Source of the DNA: Promethearchaeum syntrophicum
GTDB lineage: Archaea; Asgardarchaeota; Lokiarchaeia; Sigyniarchaeales; Promethearchaeaceae
Length of the DNA: 32,000 nt
Direction of reading: 5' to 3'
NCBI RefSeq assembly: GCF_008000775.2
Contig: NZ_CP042905.2
Span: forward strand, 630,001 to 662,000
Positions 17,261 through 26,200 of the stretch are shown here, piece by piece. Under the pieces are notes generated by a model. It was not told where the DNA came from. It worked only from the letters and a program-made list of their open reading frames with translations, and searched no databases. A program made the position numbers and the translations under genes. Each line of letters begins with the position of its first letter. Position 1 is the first letter of the stretch.

Positions 17261-17391
17261 AGTTAAATTCAGCCTCGAATAGATAAAAAAATAACGTTAT
17301 GAAATCTTATTCAAAATAGAAAAATTCATTATTAAAAATAAGTAATATTGTTTATCAAATCATATACATTAGAAAAGAGTGTTGATTAAAA

Positions 17392-18582
17392 ATGAAGATA
17401 TTAATTATCGGAAATGGAATTGCTGGACAGACAGTTGCGGAAGAAATTCGAAAAAACAATTCAGACTATGAAATAAATATCATTACAAAAGAACCCTATC
17501 TTTATTATTCACGTATTTTCCTCCCGAGCTATCTAATAGGAGAAAAATCTTTAGATAAACTCATCTTACATTCAATTGAATGGTATAAAAATCGAAATAT
17601 TTCAGTTGAGTTAAATAAGCAAATTGACCAGATTGATCGGGTTAACAAAAAATTACATGTTCTTGAAGATGATAATTGGATTAACTATGATAAATTAGTT
17701 ATTGCATCAGGAAGTAATGCAAGAATACTCCATTTTGGAAATCCAAATCTAAAAGGTGTGTTCAGTTTGCGAAATGTCGCCGATGCAGATACAATTCGGA
17801 ATTATATTAATAAGAATAATGTAAAAGATGTACTAGTTATAGGGGGTGGGTTATTAGGGATAGAAATTGGTTTTAATTTACGAGATCTTCAATTAAATGT
17901 TACTATATGTGAAATTGCACCATATCTACTTCCACGGCAGTTAGATCGAGGGACTTCAAAACTCCTTCAAAAGTATCTGGAATCTAAAAATTTGGAGATA
18001 TTATGTGATGTTGCTGTAGAGAAAATATTAGGTGATAAAAGGGTTACAGGGATTAAACTGAAAAATGGTATGGAAAGGAAATTTGATATGATAATTCAGC
18101 AGATGGGAATCATTCCCGAGATATCTCTGGCTCAAAAAAGTGATATTCAAGCTGAAAAAGGCATTATCGTTAATGAATACATGCAAACAAACGATCCCGA
18201 TATTTATGCTGTTGGAGATTGTATTCAATTTAATGGAAGAATCTGGGGGATTATTCCTGCTAGTAGAGAGCAGAGTAAATTAGCTGCGAAACATATTTTA
18301 AAATTAAATCCTGAAAAATATCAAGGGACTTTCTGGAATACACGTTTAAAAATAGCTGGAATAAATTTAACTTGTTTAGGTTCTCCTGAAGAAGAAGATA
18401 AAGAAGAAACTAAGCTTATTGAATCAGTAGATGAAGAAAAATTTCTTTGTAGAAAAGTCCGGATTGAAGATAATCAAATTAAAAGTGCAATTTTGTTAGG
18501 ACCTGGAAAAGATAATTTCTTCGTGAAAAATTTAGGGAAAGAAGTGGATTTCGATGAAGTAAAAAAGAAAGTCTATGAATAA
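17392..18582 (+). CDS. NAD(P)H/FAD-dependent pyridine nucleotide-disulfide-family oxidoreductase (rubredoxin-reductase / NirB-N-terminal-like)
   Basis: 396 aa. It has two Rossmann motifs (KILIIGNGIAGQTVA; VLVIGGGLLGIEIGF) and AVGDC near the FAD-binding C-terminal motif. Confidence 0.85.
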   Translation: MKILIIGNGIAGQTVAEEIRKNNSDYEINIITKEPYLYYSRIFLPSYLIGEKSLDKLILHSIEWYKNRNISVELNKQIDQIDRVNKKLHVLEDDNWINYDKLVIASGSNARILHFGNPNLKGVFSLRNVADADTIRNYINKNNVKDVLVIGGGLLGIEIGFNLRDLQLNVTICEIAPYLLPRQLDRGTSKLLQKYLESKNLEILCDVAVEKILGDKRVTGIKLKNGMERKFDMIIQQMGIIPEISLAQKSDIQAEKGIIVNEYMQTNDPDIYAVGDCIQFNGRIWGIIPASREQSKLAAKHILKLNPEKYQGTFWNTRLKIAGINLTCLGSPEEEDKEETKLIESVDEEKFLCRKVRIEDNQIKSAILLGPGKDNFFVKNLGKEVDFDEVKKKVYE

Positions 18583-18624
18583 ATTATCATTTAACTTAGA
18601 TTTTTTATCCAATCCATGTTTTTA

Positions 18625-19143
18625 TTACCCTTTATAGAGACCTAGTTTTCTCAAATAATTTAAAACACTAATGCATAATTCTTCCTCAAATTTCTGATAT
18701 ATTCCTAAATTGCCCTTTCCCAGTTCAATTGGTTCTTTGAAAACTTCATAGAATCTATTTAATAATATTTCTGCTTCTTCTTCCAAATGATTTTTCACCA
18801 TATTTGGTCTAAAAAAGAAAACTGTTATCAAAGATTTTTTGGAAACGATATTCATTTCAACATTTAATCCCTCTATATAAATTCGTTTGATTTGACCAAC
18901 ATTTTCCTTACCGAACATTGAGAGGGCTGCTATAAAATTAGATATTAAATCAATCTTCAGAGTAGAGTCGATTTGATAAGAAAAAAGGATATCACCACCA
19001 GTTCGGCAAATAAAAATTCCAAGCATATATTTCTTAAGTTTTCTTTGGACAAGTTTATATTGTTCTTCAGTGAGAACTTTAGGTTTATAACCATTAAAAG
19101 CGTAATTCTCTTTTTTTTCTTGGAGTGAATTCATTTTATTCAA
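18625..19143 (-). CDS. Roadblock/LC7- or longin-like fold protein (putative GTPase partner)
   Basis: 172 aa. The predicted alpha-beta-beta-alpha-beta-beta-alpha pattern is MLGIFICRTGGDILFSYQ / DLISNFIAALSMFG / IKRIYIEGLNVEMNIV / SLITVFFF / EEEAEILLNRFYEVF. It lies 11 nt downstream of the GTPase gene. The fold call rests on sequence pattern only. The start is either TTG at 19143 or ATG at 19134. Confidence 0.45.
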   Translation of the reverse strand: MNKMNSLQEKKENYAFNGYKPKVLTEEQYKLVQRKLKKYMLGIFICRTGGDILFSYQIDSTLKIDLISNFIAALSMFGKENVGQIKRIYIEGLNVEMNIVSKKSLITVFFFRPNMVKNHLEEEAEILLNRFYEVFKEPIELGKGNLGIYQKFEEELCISVLNYLRKLGLYKG

Positions 19144-19154
19144 TTTCGTTTTGT

Positions 19155-20108
19155 CTATTCTAAATTTTCTTCTTTTTTGAAGATTTCAATAGCTAATTTT
19201 TCAAACATCTCATCCACGTTTTCTCCTGTCTTTGCTGAGCATTCAATAAACAGAAATCCATGTTCGATTGCATAATTTAAACCCTCTTGTCTTGAAACCT
19301 TTCGTTCTAAGTCAGATTTATTTCCAACTAATAAAACTGGAACTTTGCCTAAATTTTCTTCTAAATCTGCAACCCACTTATCTAAGTGTTTAAACGATAA
19401 AGCATTGTTTATATCGTAACAGATTAAAGCTCCTTTGGCATCCTTAAAATATATACCTCGAATTTTGTCATATTGATCTTGACCTGCCGCGTCCCATACA
19501 TTCATTCGCGCTGTAAAGCGATATGTTCCTGAAAATAATAAATCTGTGCTCAAATAAGATGTTTTTATTTCTTTTGTGCCGAAATCCACACCCAAAGTTG
19601 TTTTAAGATCTTTCTTGAAATAATTATCTGTAAATCGAACTTTGATTGCTGTTTTTCCAACTGCTGTATCTCCGATCTCTATTATTTTGAAGGAGTAATT
19701 GCTTCTTAGAAGAGTTTTTGCTTCGTTTATTGCCCAACTTTCAATATTTTCCCCTGTTATTAGAGTCGGTGAAATATCACTCATTTCCGTAAGTTTTAAT
19801 ATAAAGCCATTGACATAAGTATCATATTCCATATTTTCTAAAGCTTTTTCATTAAAAGTTTCAATCTTACCAGAACAAGGTGCATTTAAAGTGGTTACTC
19901 CTTGTTCAGAAGCAATTGCTACAAACGGTAAGCCTACTTTAATTTCATTTTCAACTAGTAAACTTATTTCTGTAGGATTTTTTAAGAAAGCGTATCCTAT
20001 CTGGTCTAAGCCTATTATTTTCTTCTGTAAATTCATATAAACATGTTGATTTTTGCTATAATATAATTCATTCGGTAGATCATAACGACCATCAGCTATA
20101 GTTACCAT
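19155..20108 (-). CDS. Fusion protein: N-terminal GcvH-like (lipoyl-domain-fold) domain plus C-terminal Rab/Ras-like small GTPase
   Basis: All five G motifs are present: G1 GDTAVGKT, G2 TTLGVDF, G3 WDAAGQ, G4 GNKSD, G5 ECSAKTG. Residues 1-125 align by hand to E. coli GcvH (PNELYYSKNQHVYM vs PAELKYSKEHEWL; FVAIASEQGVTTLNAPCSGKIETFN vs [25 protein letters not shown]). Confidence 0.85.
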   Translation of the reverse strand: MVTIADGRYDLPNELYYSKNQHVYMNLQKKIIGLDQIGYAFLKNPTEISLLVENEIKVGLPFVAIASEQGVTTLNAPCSGKIETFNEKALENMEYDTYVNGFILKLTEMSDISPTLITGENIESWAINEAKTLLRSNYSFKIIEIGDTAVGKTAIKVRFTDNYFKKDLKTTLGVDFGTKEIKTSYLSTDLLFSGTYRFTARMNVWDAAGQDQYDKIRGIYFKDAKGALICYDINNALSFKHLDKWVADLEENLGKVPVLLVGNKSDLERKVSRQEGLNYAIEHGFLFIECSAKTGENVDEMFEKLAIEIFKKEENLE

Positions 20109-20155
20109 TTTTTTTCTTCTCCATATTTACTTATTTTTTAATCATAATATTAATA

Positions 20156-20596
20156 TCATTTCACTTGAATCCGATCCATGATTTTATCCCAGAATTCATT
20201 TTTAAATTCGGGATTAACTAATATAACTTTTTTCATCTTTACCTTTTCAATTTCAGGAATTTTATTGCCGGTTCTAAGAGGTAAATTGTTTCTATTTAGA
20301 ATATGTCCATCCAATTTCATGGAAATTGCATCAAATGGGCATAATGTCAGACATACACCACAAAAAACACATTTCAATGGATCTGGGAAAAATGGAACCC
20401 GTTCTTTTCTGGGCACTTTTTTTCCTTTAGGAATTTCTGGCTTGAATAATGCATTTTTTGGGCAAGCTTTTACGCATTGATAACATGAGGTGCATTTGTT
20501 AAGATCAAACATCAAGTCTGTTGTACGATTCATATATTCTATTTTTGTATTTCTAACCGAAAAATTTATAGATTCTTCCACAATTGGCCATTTCAT
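20156..20596 (-). CDS. 2x[4Fe-4S] ferredoxin-domain protein, the last gene of hdr/mvhD operon 1
   Basis: 146 aa. It has CTSCYQCVKACPKNA and CVFCGVCLTLCPFDA. Its start overlaps the mvhD stop by 1 nt. Confidence 0.8.
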   Translation of the reverse strand: MKWPIVEESINFSVRNTKIEYMNRTTDLMFDLNKCTSCYQCVKACPKNALFKPEIPKGKKVPRKERVPFFPDPLKCVFCGVCLTLCPFDAISMKLDGHILNRNNLPLRTGNKIPEIEKVKMKKVILVNPEFKNEFWDKIMDRIQVK

Positions 20597-21066
20597 TAAA
20601 TAACAACCTCCTCAAGTTTTTTAAATTCCTTTGCAGCTATTTTTTTACGGGAATTTGGTCCAATTTTCTTCAATTCAGATACAAATTCTCGAATATGTTC
20701 GGTAAATTCAGCTCCTTCACTAGCGCTAATATGCCAGAGCTTAAATCGTTTTGGATCAATCCCATATTGTTCCATAAACGTATTCATAATAGAAAATCTT
20801 CTTACTGCTTTTTCATTCCCTTCTATATAATGACAATCTCCTAAATGACACGCCCCAATTATGACTCCATCAGCTCCATTTTTCAAAGCTTCTATTGCAT
20901 AACTGGGTTCCATTCTTCCAGAGCACATCAAACGAATTATTCTAACATCTGCAGGTCGTTGCATACGGCTTACACCAGCTTGATCACTTCCAGTATAAGT
21001 GCACCAGTTACAAGCAAAACAAACAATATACGGCTCGAAATCACTTTTTTCAATCATTTTAATCAC
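20596..21066 (-). CDS. mvhD: MvhD-type (methyl-viologen-reducing hydrogenase delta subunit family) [2Fe-2S] protein
   Basis: 156 aa. The diagnostic sequence is IVCFACNWCTYTGSDQAG...RIIRLMCSGRMEPSYAIEALKNGADGVIIGACHLGDCHY. Confidence 0.9.
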   Translation of the reverse strand: MIKMIEKSDFEPYIVCFACNWCTYTGSDQAGVSRMQRPADVRIIRLMCSGRMEPSYAIEALKNGADGVIIGACHLGDCHYIEGNEKAVRRFSIMNTFMEQYGIDPKRFKLWHISASEGAEFTEHIREFVSELKKIGPNSRKKIAAKEFKKLEEVVI

Positions 21067-21073
21067 TTAAATT

Positions 21074-23056
21074 TTAAATTTCTTTGATATAATTCTCCCA
21101 AGGTCTTAATGCCCTTACTTCACTTAAAATTTGATTGCGAGTGAAATGATTCTGTATAATTGCATTTGATGGGCAAGAGCTTACACATACACCACATCCT
21201 TTGCATTTTATTGCATTTATATCTGCAGTTTTCGTAGTTTCATCAAAACTTATTGCATCATATGGGCAAAGTTGGATACATGATCTGCATCCTGAACATA
21301 TTTCTGGTTGAACCATTGAATAATAAGGCTCAATTTCTACTTCACCTGAATACATGAAATTATCCGCACTGCTAGCTGCTGCTTTCGCCTGAGCTACTGA
21401 GTCAGGTATATCACGTGGCGCTTGGCAAGTACCTGCAATAAAAATTCCAGTTGAGAGTGAATCTACTGGTTTAAGCTTTGGGTGTGCTTCCATGAACATT
21501 CCATCTTCTGAACATTGAATACCGAAAAATCGACCTACTTCATCAGCATCTTTTCGAGCTTCAATGGCTGTTGATAAAATGAGCATATCAACTTCAACTT
21601 CATACTTTTCAGCAAGTAAAGTATCGCTTCCCCTTAAAATTAAGGATCCATCATTTTTTTCAAAAACATCTCCAATTCTACCCCGGATAAAATTAATTCC
21701 ATATTCTCTTGAAGCAATTTCATAAAATTCTTCATAACCTTTTCCAAATGCCCTCAAATCAATGTAAAATATAAAAACTTCTGAATCTGGATATTTCTCT
21801 TTAAATTGCCTTGCTTGTTTTACCGCATACATACAACACACTCGTGAACAATATTTATGAGTGCCTTCATGAAAATCACGTGAACCTACACACTGTAAAA
21901 ATGCAATTCGTTTTGGTGTTTTATGGTCTGAAGGTTTTATTACTTTACCTAATGTTGGACCTGTACTGGAAAGTAAACGTTCCATCTCGATAGCAATTAG
22001 TACATTTTTATATTTTTGATATCCGTAGCGATAAAGTTGGGAAGGATCAAAAATATCATTTCCTGTTGCAATAATTATCGAACCGACTTTTAAATCAATA
22101 ATTTCATCTTTTAAGCTAAAATCTATGGCATTTACTTCACACGCATCAACACAAAGCATACATTCAATGCATGATTTTATATCGATTGTATATTGTTCAG
22201 GAATTGCTTGAGGAAATGGAACATAGGCCGCACGTCTATAACCCATATTATAATCAAATTCGTTTGGAACAGTAACAGGACAAATTTCACCACAAGCTCC
22301 ACAGCCTGTGCATATGGAATGATTTATTCTTCGATTTTTTTTTCTTACCTTAACCTCAAAATTTCCTACATTTAGATCTACACTTTCTATTTCAGAATAC
22401 GTAAGTAGATCTATATTCGGGTTTCGTCCAACTTCTACCATCTTAGGAGTAGTAATACATGCAGAGCAGTCCATTGTTGGAAAAGTTTTATCAAGTTGCG
22501 CCATATGACCTCCTATTGAAGGAGTTCGCTCTACTAAATGAACTTTATATTTATTTGCGAGATCAAGGGCAGCAAACATTCCTGTAATTCCTGCTCCGAC
22601 AATTAAAGCTTCTTTAGTTACCTCTATTTTTTGTCTAATTAATGGTCTATCATTCGATACTTTTGCAACCGCCATTTTAATATGATCTTTTGCAATTTCC
22701 ATAGCGCCTTTATGATCCCTCATACTTACCCATGATGCATGTTCACGTATGTTTGCTTGTTCAAAAAAGAACTCATTAAAACTGTTTTCACGCATGACTC
22801 TTCGATATGTTTCCTCATGCATGAGTGGACTACAAGCAGCTACTACAACACGATCAACTTTACCTGATTTTAAATCCTCTGCTATCAAATCCTGACCTGC
22901 ATTGCTACACATGAATTTGAAGTTTTTTACTGAAACAACATTAGGTATATGTTTTGAATATTCCGTTATTTCATCCATGTCAATAACATCTGCAATATTT
23001 TTACCACAATGGCAAATATATACTGCAACTTTTGGTTTAGGTCTTTCTAAACTCAT
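21074..23056 (-). CDS. hdrA: Heterodisulfide reductase subunit A (full-length, bifurcating type with ferredoxin-like inserts)
   Basis: 660 aa. The N-terminus has VAVYICHCGKNIA, the FAD motif is ALIVGAGITGMFAALDLA, and the protein has several CxxCxxCxxxCP motifs. There is a 4-nt ATGA overlap with hdrB. Confidence 0.92.
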   Translation of the reverse strand: MSLERPKPKVAVYICHCGKNIADVIDMDEITEYSKHIPNVVSVKNFKFMCSNAGQDLIAEDLKSGKVDRVVVAACSPLMHEETYRRVMRENSFNEFFFEQANIREHASWVSMRDHKGAMEIAKDHIKMAVAKVSNDRPLIRQKIEVTKEALIVGAGITGMFAALDLANKYKVHLVERTPSIGGHMAQLDKTFPTMDCSACITTPKMVEVGRNPNIDLLTYSEIESVDLNVGNFEVKVRKKNRRINHSICTGCGACGEICPVTVPNEFDYNMGYRRAAYVPFPQAIPEQYTIDIKSCIECMLCVDACEVNAIDFSLKDEIIDLKVGSIIIATGNDIFDPSQLYRYGYQKYKNVLIAIEMERLLSSTGPTLGKVIKPSDHKTPKRIAFLQCVGSRDFHEGTHKYCSRVCCMYAVKQARQFKEKYPDSEVFIFYIDLRAFGKGYEEFYEIASREYGINFIRGRIGDVFEKNDGSLILRGSDTLLAEKYEVEVDMLILSTAIEARKDADEVGRFFGIQCSEDGMFMEAHPKLKPVDSLSTGIFIAGTCQAPRDIPDSVAQAKAAASSADNFMYSGEVEIEPYYSMVQPEICSGCRSCIQLCPYDAISFDETTKTADINAIKCKGCGVCVSSCPSNAIIQNHFTRNQILSEVRALRPWENYIKEI

Positions 23057-24078
23057 ATGTTTTTACCTCCTGCAAAATCATCTAATGGAATATTTTCAAT
23101 TTTCTTCAGTAATTTATCGAACGGAACAAATGGTGATATTCCTTTCAATTCTTCAGGTTTTATCATCCCGAGGTCTTCAGGTTCAAATCCCATTGCTAAT
23201 CCTAAAAGTTGGGTAATATATATAACTGGAATTCTGAACTCTTCTTCTCCCTCATCTAATAATTTGGAAACTTCAATTTGTCCTAAATCAAACTGCAAAT
23301 GGCAAAATGGACAACACACTACAATGCAATCTACTCCAACTTTACGAATTTGTCGCAATTTCTCTAAAGTATATTGAAGACTATTATCTTTAAAACCAGT
23401 TCTTAACGATCCTCCTGCTCCACAGCACATTAATTTTTCTTGATAATCAATTGATTGACATCCGATTTTCTCAACAACCTCATCAAAAAATGTAGGATTA
23501 TCAGGATCTTGTCCAAAAAGCTGCGTGGTTGCTGGCTTAAGAATGTGACAACCATAATGAATAGCTGTTCGTAAATTAAGTGTTCTTTTAACTAATTTTT
23601 TTATTTTCTCCAATCCTATATCAAAATAAAGTACATCCATTACTTGACGCACATTAACCTTACCATCAAAATGAATATTTTTTTCTGCAAGAATATCATT
23701 GATTCTTTTATTAATTTCTGGATTTGATTTCATTTCATGTTCTACTTCGTGTAATGTGCCAAAACATCCATTGCACAGTGTCAATAATTCGGTTGTATTA
23801 TTATTTTGGGCGATTGTTAGATTTCGTGTCCCTAATGTAAGCCAAAGTGCTTTATCGACGGATCTAAACACTCCTGGTGCAGGACAGCATGTAGCACCAT
23901 TCATATCTATAAGCTCTATTCCCAGTTTGTTAAAAACAAAGCGAGATGCGCGTTCGATCATAGGATAACGATTTGGAATAACACACCCTAAATATAACGA
24001 ATATTTTAAATCTGATAGGGGTTTTTCAGTTAGTTCTTCCTTTGATTGCTCCCTATTTTGTTCTTTAATTTCTGTCAT
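23053..24078 (-). CDS. hdrB: Heterodisulfide reductase subunit B (two CCG domains)
   Basis: 341 aa. Motifs include YSLYLGCVIPNRYP, GATCCPAPG, LCNGCFG, LMCCGAGGS and CPFCHLQFD. Confidence 0.9.
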   Translation of the reverse strand: MTEIKEQNREQSKEELTEKPLSDLKYSLYLGCVIPNRYPMIERASRFVFNKLGIELIDMNGATCCPAPGVFRSVDKALWLTLGTRNLTIAQNNNTTELLTLCNGCFGTLHEVEHEMKSNPEINKRINDILAEKNIHFDGKVNVRQVMDVLYFDIGLEKIKKLVKRTLNLRTAIHYGCHILKPATTQLFGQDPDNPTFFDEVVEKIGCQSIDYQEKLMCCGAGGSLRTGFKDNSLQYTLEKLRQIRKVGVDCIVVCCPFCHLQFDLGQIEVSKLLDEGEEEFRIPVIYITQLLGLAMGFEPEDLGMIKPEELKGISPFVPFDKLLKKIENIPLDDFAGGKNI

Positions 24079-24119
24079 TAATTCTCATCTTCTCTTCATT
24101 TCAAAGGTTTTCAATTTTA

Positions 24120-24662
24120 TTAGCGATATGGGATACGTGCATTAAATTTAATTTTATCAAGTAAGGTAAAAAGCTCATCCAATGCTTCAGGAAACTTGTG
24201 AACAGTTGGAGGTATTTTATCTAATTTATGTAATTCTCGTAATTTTGCCCATTTTGAATCTGCTCCTCCCAGAGGAACTGCATGGCCCGTATTTGCTAAA
24301 TTCTTAATGACATTTTTCAAAGCATCTGGTAAATAGCCCTCCCTAACTGCCATATTCCTCAATTTTAAAATTACATTAGTAACTGGAATTGTTCTTGGGC
24401 AACGTTCATAACAATTAAAGCAAGTTGAACAATACCAGATATCTGGTTCTGAAAGAACTGAATGAACCCCTGCCAAGGCTTTTCTCATTATTTTTCTTGT
24501 TACTAAGGCTGTAAAACTACCACTGGGGCAAACTGATGTACACATTCCGCACTGAATACAACTACGAATCTTTTTCAAATCTTCATCAACAGAAAGTTCA
24601 TCTGAGTATTCAGAGCTATATTTTATTAATTTTGATTTATTTATCAATTCATTTTTCACCAA
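24120..24662 (-). CDS. hdrC: Heterodisulfide reductase subunit C
   Basis: 180 aa. Motifs are CIQCGMCTSVCPSG and CSTCFNCYERCPR. The start is TTG at 24662 or GTG at 24659. Confidence 0.9.
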   Translation of the reverse strand: MVKNELINKSKLIKYSSEYSDELSVDEDLKKIRSCIQCGMCTSVCPSGSFTALVTRKIMRKALAGVHSVLSEPDIWYCSTCFNCYERCPRTIPVTNVILKLRNMAVREGYLPDALKNVIKNLANTGHAVPLGGADSKWAKLRELHKLDKIPPTVHKFPEALDELFTLLDKIKFNARIPYR

Positions 24663-25187
24663 ATTATTGTCTATGATCGATTACGATCAAATTATTGAAT
24701 CTATCAAAATCAGTCACTTTATTCACTTAATTTAATAAATTTGTTTTTGTTTGATTTAAATCTTCACTTTTTTTAGATAAGCTGATATCAGAGGACATCT
24801 TAAATATATTATCATTTATGGGTACGGTTCTCTTTGAAATAGTAAAAAAGAACCATTTGCTTATTCACCGAAACATTAGTACTTGGAAATTAATTTAGAT
24901 TCAAATGAAATTGATCCTTTTTTATGATCATAATTTGTTGAGGAAGTGATAAATATTCGGAAAATGATCATATTTTCATTCCAAATTATGTTTTTCATCA
25001 ATTTCACCTTTCAAGTAAAAATTATATCGATAAATTTTTTAAATACATAATTACTTTAAAATGTTATATTGGTATTACAAATGTTTCGATTTTTCTATTT
25101 ATTATTATCATTCGTTTTTTATTTAATGAATAAATGATAAAATTGAATAAATTGAAATTTTGAGTTTAAAAAATAATCAATATAAAG
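24663..25187. promoter_or_regulatory. Divergent intergenic control region between hdrC (operon 1) and tusA
   Basis: 525 bp with no convincing ORF, lying between two divergently transcribed clusters. It is AT-rich and contains a tandem AAATTGAA direct repeat 30-45 nt upstream of the tusA ATG. I did not define any specific promoter element. Confidence 0.4.
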
Positions 25188-25421
25188 ATGAAAACAATGG
25201 TAGATTTCGAATTAGATGCTAAGGGATTAAAATGTCCAATGCCAATCTTAAAAGCCAAAAAAGTTATTAAGAAAATGGAATCTGGACAAACATTTGAATT
25301 GGTTTCAGATGATGGCGGTTCAAAAGCAGATGTCCCACCTCTGCTAAATAAAACTGGTTGCACACTGGTTGAAATGAAAGAAGATGGTGGCGTTTTTACC
25401 TTTTTAATTAAAAAGGATTAA
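25188..25421 (+). CDS. tusA: TusA-family sulfurtransferase
   Basis: 77 aa. It has the diagnostic LDAKGLKCPMPILKAKKVI (CPxP active-site Cys). Confidence 0.88.
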   Translation: MKTMVDFELDAKGLKCPMPILKAKKVIKKMESGQTFELVSDDGGSKADVPPLLNKTGCTLVEMKEDGGVFTFLIKKD

Positions 25422-25427
25422 AATTGG

Positions 25428-25793
25428 TTGATGATCATGAAAATTGGATTTGCAGTAATGACTGAATTTTTAAAATATCAGCAAATATACTCACTTCTTA
25501 AATTAATTGAAGCTGCTAAAGCAAAAAATCATCAAATAACAGGAATTTTCTTTTTTGGGACAGGGGTTTTAAATATTAAGAAAGGTGCCCATTTAGGAAA
25601 GAGCACAAAAAATATCCCACTTGAGTTAGAGAACTTACATGATATTCCAAAATATGCATGCCAAACATGGGCTGATAATTATGCTATATTCCCAGAAGAT
25701 ACAATCCAAGGATTGGAAATTACAGGTTTAGGTGAACTTTCTAATATCACGAAAGAATCTGATAAAATGATTTTCTTCGGAGCACATGCATAA
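25428..25793 (+). CDS. dsrE: DsrE/TusD-family sulfur-relay protein
   Basis: It is about 118-121 aa; the likely start is the ATG at 25437 (MKIGFAV). It has ITGIFFFGTGV and a Cys in the YACQTWADNY context, corresponding to the ICVAAALRRG active-site Cys of TusD. It is followed by dsrF/dsrH-like genes. Confidence 0.8.
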   Translation: MMIMKIGFAVMTEFLKYQQIYSLLKLIEAAKAKNHQITGIFFFGTGVLNIKKGAHLGKSTKNIPLELENLHDIPKYACQTWADNYAIFPEDTIQGLEITGLGELSNITKESDKMIFFGAHA

Positions 25794-25808
25794 AATAAAA
25801 AGGAGATT

Positions 25809-26189
25809 ATGAGAAAAATGGAATCAGTTTTAGTAATGTGTAATTCCGGTCCTTTTGGAACAAATTCAACATATGAATCAATCCGATTAGGTTCTGGATT
25901 TATGGGTTTAGGTGAGGATATAAATTGTAAAATTCTGTTTTATGGTGATGCAGTTCTCTCTGTAAAAAAGAATTTGAATTCCGGTAAGATTGGAATGGAT
26001 TCATTTGAAGAAGGATTAGAAATGGCTGATTTAAGTGAATTACCGATAATTGTAATTGAAGAGGATTTAATTACAAGGGGTATGACAACAAGGGATTTGT
26101 TTGAATTCGAAGATTGTCCTATTCAAGTAATTAAAGAAAATCAATTAGGGGAAATAATGACCCAATTTGATGCAGTATTTCAAATGTAG
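25809..26189 (+). CDS. dsrF: DsrF/TusC-family sulfur-relay protein
   Basis: 126 aa. It has the pattern VLVMCNSGPFGT...ESIRL...ILFYGDAVL...EEDLITRG and sits between the dsrE-like and dsrH-like genes. A GGAG precedes the ATG. Confidence 0.75.
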   Translation: MRKMESVLVMCNSGPFGTNSTYESIRLGSGFMGLGEDINCKILFYGDAVLSVKKNLNSGKIGMDSFEEGLEMADLSELPIIVIEEDLITRGMTTRDLFEFEDCPIQVIKENQLGEIMTQFDAVFQM

Positions 26190-26200
26190 GTGGAAAAAAA

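Noticed and set aside
24673-24688. There is an inverted repeat TGATCG-ATTA-CGATCA 11 nt upstream of the hdrC1 start. There is also GGTTCT-N16-AGAACC further into the intergenic region.
   Set aside because: Arms of 6 bp are expected by chance in 525 bp. I have no second copy or conservation evidence.
24876-24998. A 40-codon minus-strand ORF (MKNIIWNENMIIFRIFITSSTNYDHKKGSISFESKLISKY) lies in the hdrC/tusA intergenic region, preceded by GGTGA.
   Set aside because: It is short, its composition is typical of random AT-rich sequence, it has no motif, and I cannot check its conservation. The support is not enough to call a gene.
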